33,945 nucleotides of DNA from a bacterium (lineage in GTDB: Bacteria; Electryoneota; Electryoneia; Electryoneales; Electryoneaceae), in assembly GCA_043801585.1 (NCBI GenBank), contig JAZDLX010000114.1, positions 1-33,945 on the forward strand. Reading direction: 5' to 3'. The position numbers and the translations under genes are program-made. The notes beneath the pieces were generated by a model. The model had not been told where the DNA came from. It did no database searches and saw only the letters and a list, made by a program, of their open reading frames with translations. Shown piece after piece: positions 27,291 to 33,945 of the stretch (position 1 is its first letter; every line of letters begins with the position of its first letter).

Positions 27291-29944
27291 ACTATCCGAT
27301 CTGGCTCCTCGAAAGACTCGGTGGCGGCACCCTGATCGCAATGATCGCCGTGCTGCACGTCTACATCTCCCACCTCGCGGTGGGTGGCGGCCTTTTCATC
27401 TGGTTGATGGACCGGCGTGCACGGATGGCCAACGACACCGCGCTGAACAATTTTCTCCGCCGCTACAACTGGATTTTCCTGCTGGTGACAATGGTGCTCG
27501 GCGGATTGACCGGCGTAGGTATCTGGTTCGTCATCGGCCTCGTCAGCCCGGCAGCGACGTCCACACTGATCCACACGTTCGTTTTCGGGTGGGCGATCGA
27601 ATGGGTGTTCTTCATCGGCGAGATCACCGCACTGCTGGTCTATCATTACTATTTCGACAAACTAGAGCGGGCGCTGCGGGAAAAGGCCGCTTTCTTCTAC
27701 TTCCTCTTCGCTTTCCTCTCGCTGGTGATTATCAACGGCATCCTCTCGTTCATGCTGACGCCGGGGAAATGGCTGGCGACGGGCGATTTCTGGGACGGCT
27801 TCTTCAACCCGAGCTACGTCTCGTCAACGCTGTTCCGGACGTTTGTCACGGTGATGGTCGCCGGCATTTTCGGTTTCCTCGTTGGCAGTTTCCAGAAGGA
27901 TGAGGGCCTTTCCCTGCGCATGGTCAGAACCTGTTCACGTTGGATCATCGCAGGCATTGCCGGACTCGTGCCGACGGGGTTCTGGTATTACTACTCACTG
28001 CCGGCAGCGACGAGGGAAGTCGCGTTCCAGTTGAATCCACAGATCATCCCGACCTTCACCCTGATGCTGGTGATGACCGCCATTGTTGCGGTGATCGGGT
28101 TGATCTTCATTTTGAAACTGCCCAGGATCGCCCAGCGGATCTTCGCGATCGTTCTGGTTCTCGCCGGGGCCTCCTGGATGGCTGGATTCGAGTACACACG
28201 CGAGATCGCACGCAAACCGTTTGTCATTCATGACTATATGTATTCATCCGGAATCCTCGTCCGTGATGTCGACAGGCTGAATTCCGAGGGTGTGCTGCCC
28301 AACGCGAAATGGACATCGGTGCACGAAGTCACCGCGGACAACGTGATGGAAGCCGGTCGGGAGCTGATGCGTCTTGAATGCCTCGCCTGCCACACCCTCG
28401 GCGGCCGCAACGATCTGCTGTCGCGCACGGAAAACATGACCTACATGGGGATGATGGCGTCCCTCTCGGGACAGGGCCGGGTGATGGGCTACATGCCGCC
28501 GTTCATCGGCACATTCGCTGAGAAGGATGCGCTCGCACGGTACATCGTCGCGGGACTGCACGGCAAAGAGATCGTAACTCAGCCCGGTTCACACACGCCG
28601 GGCGCAGGCGCCGGAGCCGATCCAAAATCGGTGGGGAAATCATCCAACCATGTGTTGCTCGCATGGAACGACCTGGGGATGCACTGCATCAGCGACAGCG
28701 ACCCCTGGTTCGTCATCCTGCCACCGGCGAACACTCTCGAAGCGCAACTGATCAAACGAGGGAATCCCCCGCAGATCGTGACGACAGGCGTTCGTCTGAC
28801 CTTCGAAGCGCCTGCCGGATTTGGGAATCCGGTGGATCACGTGCCCTTCTGGGATTACGCGAAGATCAACTTTGGAGCCGATCTGGCGCCGAACATCGGG
28901 CTTGGCGGCCTTGGTCTCGACGGTGATTTCGCGTTGAAAAACGACGGCATCTCGTTCATCGCGCAGATGATTCCGGTTACGCCCTATCCGGATGGCGGCG
29001 GCTACAATCCCTATCCGCAGTTCACTGTAAAAGCGTTCGACAAAGCGACGGGTGCGCTGATAGCAGAAACCCGGGCGGTAACCCCAACCTCCACCGAGAT
29101 GGGATGCCGTAACTGTCACGGCGGTCCCTGGCGCACCGAGGATCAGGCGGGAGTCTCCGGTAAAACAGCGAAGAACATCCTCGCTTCTCACGACCGGCTG
29201 AGCGGCACGGACCTGCTGAAACAGGCCAACGCCGGCAAACCGATGATCTGCCAGACCTGCCACCCGGACCCCGCGATCGGCGCCAAAGGTTTGCCCGGTC
29301 ACAACTCCCTCTCCGCCGCGATGCACGGCTGGCATGCCAGCTACATGGTGGAGAAAGGCGGCGACGCCTGTGTTCTCTGCCATCCGGCCTATTCGTCTGG
29401 ATTCACCCGTTGCCTGCGCGGAGTCCATGTTCGTTTCGGAATGGACTGCACGAGCTGCCACGGGACGCTGGATGAGCACGCCGCCGGGCTGCTGAAGCGT
29501 GAGATGGAAAACGGCACCGTGTCCGCCGGGCGACTCTCGCGCCCCCTTCACTTGACCCGGGTGGCGTCGCTGGAGGAGGTCAATCCGCGCACACCCTGGC
29601 TGCAGGAACCGGACTGCATCACCTGCCATGCCGATTACGATAAGCCCGTGGAGGGAGCCTCGTCCTACAACATGTGGACGAAGGACGGATCGGAACTGTA
29701 CCGGAACCGCGCAGGCGAGGCGGGGGCTGTCCGCTGCATCGCCTGCCACGGAAGCACTCATGCGAACTATCCGGCACGGAACGAATACGTGGCGAATCTC
29801 GACAATTTCGGTCCGTTACAGTACCAGGGTCTGCCCTACTCCATCGGGGCAAACTTCAAATGCACTGTCTGCCATACAGTGCTGCTTGATTACGCGATCC
29901 ATCATGACAACCTTCCCCGGATGGTGCGGAATCCTGTGAAATAG
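27287..29944 (+). CDS. Cytochrome bd oxidase subunit I-like protein fused to c-type cytochrome domains (8 CxxCH)
   Basis: SHLAVGGG, GGLTGVGIW, FGWAIEWVFFIGE, NGILSFMLTPG, EYTREIARKPFVI; CLACH, CRNCH, CQTCH, CVLCH, CTSCH, CITCH, CIACH, CTVCH. Confidence 0.85.
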   Translation: MNYPIWLLERLGGGTLIAMIAVLHVYISHLAVGGGLFIWLMDRRARMANDTALNNFLRRYNWIFLLVTMVLGGLTGVGIWFVIGLVSPAATSTLIHTFVFGWAIEWVFFIGEITALLVYHYYFDKLERALREKAAFFYFLFAFLSLVIINGILSFMLTPGKWLATGDFWDGFFNPSYVSSTLFRTFVTVMVAGIFGFLVGSFQKDEGLSLRMVRTCSRWIIAGIAGLVPTGFWYYYSLPAATREVAFQLNPQIIPTFTLMLVMTAIVAVIGLIFILKLPRIAQRIFAIVLVLAGASWMAGFEYTREIARKPFVIHDYMYSSGILVRDVDRLNSEGVLPNAKWTSVHEVTADNVMEAGRELMRLECLACHTLGGRNDLLSRTENMTYMGMMASLSGQGRVMGYMPPFIGTFAEKDALARYIVAGLHGKEIVTQPGSHTPGAGAGADPKSVGKSSNHVLLAWNDLGMHCISDSDPWFVILPPANTLEAQLIKRGNPPQIVTTGVRLTFEAPAGFGNPVDHVPFWDYAKINFGADLAPNIGLGGLGLDGDFALKNDGISFIAQMIPVTPYPDGGGYNPYPQFTVKAFDKATGALIAETRAVTPTSTEMGCRNCHGGPWRTEDQAGVSGKTAKNILASHDRLSGTDLLKQANAGKPMICQTCHPDPAIGAKGLPGHNSLSAAMHGWHASYMVEKGGDACVLCHPAYSSGFTRCLRGVHVRFGMDCTSCHGTLDEHAAGLLKREMENGTVSAGRLSRPLHLTRVASLEEVNPRTPWLQEPDCITCHADYDKPVEGASSYNMWTKDGSELYRNRAGEAGAVRCIACHGSTHANYPARNEYVANLDNFGPLQYQGLPYSIGANFKCTVCHTVLLDYAIHHDNLPRMVRNPVK

Positions 29945-29966
29945 CGATCCCAAGAAGTATTCCTAC

Positions 29967-29996
29967 AAGCCGAAGCAGTCATGCTTCGGCTTTTTT
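29967..29996 (+). terminator. Rho-independent terminator of the cytochrome operon
   Basis: AAGCCGAAGCA-GTCA-TGCTTCGGCTT-TTTT. Confidence 0.9.
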
Positions 29997-30196
29997 ATGT
30001 GCTTGCAGCAAGAACGCCAAATATCGGATTTTGACTGAAATCAGGATTGGCAGGGAGATTGGATTTAATAACCGTATTCATCATTCATATGTTTAGTGTG
30101 ACTTCAATTCATATTTAGTATTCTAATAATTCTAACGTCAAATTACGATTATTAAATGATTCAATCACTGAGAGATTATATTTCAACGATTATTAA

Positions 30197-30225
30197 TTGA
30201 AATGATTGAACTCAATCCTTACCTT
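30197..30225 (+). promoter_or_regulatory. Possible promoter of the GNAT/racemase operon with an inverted repeat in the spacer
   Basis: TTGAAA-N17-TACCTT; GATTGA-AC-TCAATC inside the spacer; AT-rich region. Confidence 0.45.
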
Positions 30226-30312
30226 CCTGATGCTTTCCACACTCCCTTTATCTTTTCAAAAGATTGTTTTACATAATTTTACACATCAACATCAGACACC
30301 TGGAACGACTTG

Positions 30313-30786
30313 ATGAACAGCAGCGAAAACGTAGTACAAGACCATGTGCAGTTCACAAAAGTGGATTCGAATGAGGCATTTCCTGCCTTCGCTGGCCGCC
30401 ATGCGGTAGAATCGTTTCTTCATGACAAGATGCAACCCTTCAACGATAAAGCCGGCGAGATCACTCGTGGGATCGACTTCGCCTTCGGCCTGAACGGTGG
30501 ATTGGGTGGATTTGTGATGCTTGCCCACCACGGCGAAGAACTCGCGGGTGTGCTAGTGATGCTGAAAACCGGCATGAGCGGTTTTATCCCCGAGAACATC
30601 CTCCTTTATGTGGGAGTGGACCCGAAGCTTCGAGGACATGGAATCGGAAGGAAACTGATCGGTACCTCCATCGGCGAGTGCGAGGGGTGTGTCAAACTTC
30701 ATGTCGAATACGACAATCCCGCGAAACGGCTCTACGAACGGCTCGGTTTCACCAGCAAGTACGCAGAGATGAGGCTGGCACGATGA
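30313..30786 (+). CDS. GNAT family N-acetyltransferase
   Basis: YVGVDPKLRGHGIGRKLI...LHVEYDNPAKRLYERLGF. Confidence 0.92.
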   Translation: MNSSENVVQDHVQFTKVDSNEAFPAFAGRHAVESFLHDKMQPFNDKAGEITRGIDFAFGLNGGLGGFVMLAHHGEELAGVLVMLKTGMSGFIPENILLYVGVDPKLRGHGIGRKLIGTSIGECEGCVKLHVEYDNPAKRLYERLGFTSKYAEMRLAR

Positions 30787-31940
30787 ACAGGCTCACGATC
30801 GACCTTGACGCCCTGCACAATAACATTCAGGTGATCGACGGTTGGATGCACGATCACGGTGCGGACTGGACGTTAGTGACAAAGGTGCTCTGCGGTCACA
30901 CCGAAACGCTCGACGCCCTCCAGACGATAGGAGTTCGCTCGATGGCGGACAGTCGTCTCGACAACTTTCGTGCAATCAACAGGGTCATCGAAGACTTCGA
31001 AGCGTGGTACCTCCGCCTTCCCCACCTGACCGCCATCCCGGAAATCGTCCGGCTCACTGATGCCAGCCTTAACAGCGAGGTGAAGATCATTAAGGAGCTC
31101 GACAGGGAGGCTCGAAAGCAGGGCACCATCCACCGAGTGATTGTCATGATCGAACTGGGCGACCTTCGTGAGGGAGTACTGCCCGGGAATCTCGTAGACT
31201 TCTACAAGGCCATCTTCGAACTGAAAAATGTCGAAGTGATCGGAATCGGCGCGAACCTTGGCTGCCTTTCCGGCGCAGTGCCGAGTGTGGATCAACTCAC
31301 CCAACTGGTACTCTACCATGAATTGCTCGAGTTGAAATTCGGACGAACACTGCCGCTGATCTCAGCCGGTACGAGCGCCACTCTCCCATTGCTTTTGAGG
31401 GGCGAGGTGCCGAAAAAAGTGAATCACTTTCGCATCGGTGAATCGGTGTTTCTTGGAACCGATCTTCTCGGCGGCGGAACGTTGCCGGGCCTGCGCGATG
31501 ACGCCTTCACCCTCGAAGCGGAGGTGGCGGAAATAAGCGAGAAAAGCCTCGTCCCCTATGGTGAGACGAGCACCCTGGCTCCCTTCGGCATGGAGATCAC
31601 GAACGACAACAATGTGGGAGCTCGGGGATGGCGCGCGGTACTCACTCTCGGTGCTCTGGACACGGAAGTAAGCGGACTTATTCCGTTGAATCCGGAGCAT
31701 AGCATCGCGGGAGTATCGAGCGATGTCCTCGTCGTCAACCTCGGAGAAGACAAGAGCGGGCTGAAGATCGGCGATTCGATCAAATTCCGCCCTAATTACG
31801 CTGCGCTTCTTCGTCTGATGGCCAGCAGTTACATCCGCAAACAGGTCATCCCCTCGGTGAAAGACCTGCGCGAAGGTTTAAGCGTGCAGGACGAAGTGAA
31901 CGTCATGCCGGTGATTGAAAGCGAGAACGGAAGCGACTGA
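30783..31940 (+). CDS. Alanine/ornithine racemase family PLP-dependent enzyme
   Basis: IDLDAL..N; VTKVLCG (PLP Lys); ADSR; MIELGDLREG; GANLGC; SAGTS; RIGE; SSD; start ATG 30783 overlaps the GNAT stop (ATGA). Confidence 0.88.
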   Translation: MNRLTIDLDALHNNIQVIDGWMHDHGADWTLVTKVLCGHTETLDALQTIGVRSMADSRLDNFRAINRVIEDFEAWYLRLPHLTAIPEIVRLTDASLNSEVKIIKELDREARKQGTIHRVIVMIELGDLREGVLPGNLVDFYKAIFELKNVEVIGIGANLGCLSGAVPSVDQLTQLVLYHELLELKFGRTLPLISAGTSATLPLLLRGEVPKKVNHFRIGESVFLGTDLLGGGTLPGLRDDAFTLEAEVAEISEKSLVPYGETSTLAPFGMEITNDNNVGARGWRAVLTLGALDTEVSGLIPLNPEHSIAGVSSDVLVVNLGEDKSGLKIGDSIKFRPNYAALLRLMASSYIRKQVIPSVKDLREGLSVQDEVNVMPVIESENGSD

Positions 31941-31964
31941 TCCCCAACGGAGCCTTGCCCCGCC

Positions 31965-33416
31965 ATGAGCCGTGATCAGCTGATCGAATGGGCAATCATC
32001 ATCGCGTACATGAGTTTCATCTTCGGCAAGGGTGTCCTCAAGTTCCGCAAGATCGGGAACTCGGACGACTACCTTGTGGCGGGCAGAAACACCCCGTGGC
32101 CGTTGATTTTTGCAACCCTCGGCGCCACGGTGATCGGCGGCGGGGCTTCGATCGGAGCAGTGGGAAAAACGTTTGAGTGGGGACTGCTGTTCGTCTTCGT
32201 TTCCAGCGGTGTCTTCCTCCAGTTCATCTTCAGCGGACTCGTCGTTGCGCCCCAGTTCCGTCGCTGGAACCTTTACACGATCGCTGGTTATTTCGAGCGC
32301 AGGTACGACAAACGTGCTCGCTTCGTCGCCTTCGTGCTCTCATTGGTGTTCAGTGTGTTCATCATCGCCGCACAGATGGCGGCCTTCGGATCGGTCCTCT
32401 CCACCCTGTTCCCCAACCTCGTCGATGACAAACTAATGATCAAGCTGGCGATCCTGATCGGCGGTACAATGGTCGTCACCTACAGCACGGCGGGAGGATT
32501 GCTCGCGGTGATCTGGACGGACATCTACCAGTTCATCATCCTGTTCGCGGGATTCCTGCTGACGCTTTTCTTCATCCTGCCAGACCTCAGCATCCAATGG
32601 TCGCACATGAGACAGGTGATTCCCCACGAGTTCTTCGAGGTCACCGGAGGTAAAGGCTGGATTTTCATGATCACGACCTTCTGTGCGTTCCTGCTCGGGG
32701 AAACGTTTGGACCGGGGTACGTGACGCGGTTCGTCATCGGCAAGGACATCCGCCATACCAAGTGGGGCATTGCGGGGGTTGGATTCTTTCTCACCTTCAC
32801 GTTTCCGATCATCATCTTCTTTATCGCCCTTTATGCCCGGATTCATTTCCCGAATATCGAGCCGCAGCAGGCGCTACCGCTTACCGTGCAGGAACTGCAC
32901 AATCCATTCATCGCGGGGTTGATCATCGCGGCGCTGCTCTCCGCAGTGATGTCGTCCGCCGATTCGGCGCTGAACAGCGCGACCGCCATTTTCGTCAAGG
33001 ACCTTTTTGAGCAGTATCTCACACACAAGAAACTGGACGATCACCGAACACTCGTGTTGGCGAGAAGGATGACAGTTCTGCTCGGTGCGATCTCTACCCT
33101 GATCGCCATCCTCTGGCCGGACATCATCGGACTGCTCCTGTTTACCTACCATATCTGGGCTCCGGCGATCATCCTGCCAATCGTCGTCGGGGCAATCTCG
33201 AAAGAATATTCAAAGAAGCTGTCGAGCCAGGTGACAGCGACGATGGTGATTGCGGTCATCGCTACAATGGCCTACCGGACCACGGAGTTGGCAGCGACAT
33301 TCGATCCGGCGGTATTTGGAGTGGGTGTCGCGATCTCGATTTTCCTGCTGTTGAGACTTGGTGGGAAAATGGGTGGTGGTTCAGAACATCTCGGCACTGA
33401 ACCGGACGTGGTATGA
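31965..33416 (+). CDS. Sodium:solute symporter (SSS) family transporter
   Basis: DDYLVAGR, ATVIGGG, YSTAGGLLAVIWTDIYQ, LLSAVMSSADS; about 13 TM segments. Confidence 0.93.
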   Translation: MSRDQLIEWAIIIAYMSFIFGKGVLKFRKIGNSDDYLVAGRNTPWPLIFATLGATVIGGGASIGAVGKTFEWGLLFVFVSSGVFLQFIFSGLVVAPQFRRWNLYTIAGYFERRYDKRARFVAFVLSLVFSVFIIAAQMAAFGSVLSTLFPNLVDDKLMIKLAILIGGTMVVTYSTAGGLLAVIWTDIYQFIILFAGFLLTLFFILPDLSIQWSHMRQVIPHEFFEVTGGKGWIFMITTFCAFLLGETFGPGYVTRFVIGKDIRHTKWGIAGVGFFLTFTFPIIIFFIALYARIHFPNIEPQQALPLTVQELHNPFIAGLIIAALLSAVMSSADSALNSATAIFVKDLFEQYLTHKKLDDHRTLVLARRMTVLLGAISTLIAILWPDIIGLLLFTYHIWAPAIILPIVVGAISKEYSKKLSSQVTATMVIAVIATMAYRTTELAATFDPAVFGVGVAISIFLLLRLGGKMGGGSEHLGTEPDVV

Positions 33417-33426
33417 AAACCACGTC

Positions 33427-33945
33427 TCAGAACGTGTAGCCGATGCTGACGCTCGAAGTAAAGGGGTTGGAGGTGCCGCCGTAGATCGTCCAGCTCAACG
33501 GTCCGAAACGGGTGAGCCAGCCGAAGGTAAGCGCCCATCCCCCCTCGACGTCCTTGCCGTTCAGCGCCCAATCCCAGTGATCCGTGACCCGACCCATGTC
33601 CGTCTCCGCCACGATGAAACGTTTTGACCAAGCCTCCCACTGAAGCCCGGCACGGAAGATTTGCGCATAATCGCCCGAACGGGCGCCGTAATCCAGCCCG
33701 TAAAGCCTGTCGAACTGGCCGATGATATAGGTCGGAATCGGCCAGAAACGGGTGTTTTGAACAGATCCGGCGAAACCGTGCAACTTGAGCGTCCATTTCT
33801 CCCCCAAAGGCACATTCAGGTCGAAGAATCCTTCCCGCTTGAGGTAGAAAGCTCCACGATTATAGATGTCGTGGACGGATTGGGTAAACAAAAGCTGGAC
33901 CATCGATCCCTGGGTGCCAAAGTTGAGCCGGTCAAGCGTGTCATA
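33427..33945 (-). CDS. C-terminal part of an Omp85/BamA-type beta-barrel protein (possibly patatin-like PlpD type); start lies outside the window
   Basis: Frame is open to the window end: YDTLDRLNFGTQGS...GWLTRFGPLSW...SIGYTF; DTLD...F...G and T.FGP motifs, terminal Phe. Confidence 0.65.
   Translation of the reverse strand, partial: YDTLDRLNFGTQGSMVQLLFTQSVHDIYNRGAFYLKREGFFDLNVPLGEKWTLKLHGFAGSVQNTRFWPIPTYIIGQFDRLYGLDYGARSGDYAQIFRAGLQWEAWSKRFIVAETDMGRVTDHWDWALNGKDVEGGWALTFGWLTRFGPLSWTIYGGTSNPFTSSVSIGYTF

Overview
GC-rich bacterial chromosomal segment from a diderm organism. A T9SS-type C-terminal domain and PorV-like barrels suggest an FCB-superphylum-like lineage (inference). Left part: partial TerB-like gene, tRNA-Thr(CGT) and tRNA-Phe(GAA) flanking an HTH-REC regulator, an HDOD protein, an ArsR/PduO/TauE/saccharopine-dehydrogenase-like cluster, an amphi-Trp protein, a flavin reductase and a long-chain acyl-CoA ligase. 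Then a ~1 kb non-coding, hairpin-dense region (9490-10440) that appears to hold two tandem, similarly built minus-strand RNA units, followed by an HD-GYP protein. Middle: a four-gene minus-strand surface-protein operon (FadL/PorV-like barrel, ~2830-aa repeat protein with a T9SS-like CTD, PorV-like barrel, beta-propeller-SPOR protein). Right part: hemerythrin, a PsiE-family protein, a two-subunit cytochrome bd-like complex fused to eight c-heme motifs, a GNAT/PLP-racemase/sodium:solute symporter operon, and the 3' end of an outer-membrane barrel gene. No integrase, transposase or CRISPR array was seen. All calls were made by eye from motifs; no database searches or folding programs were run.
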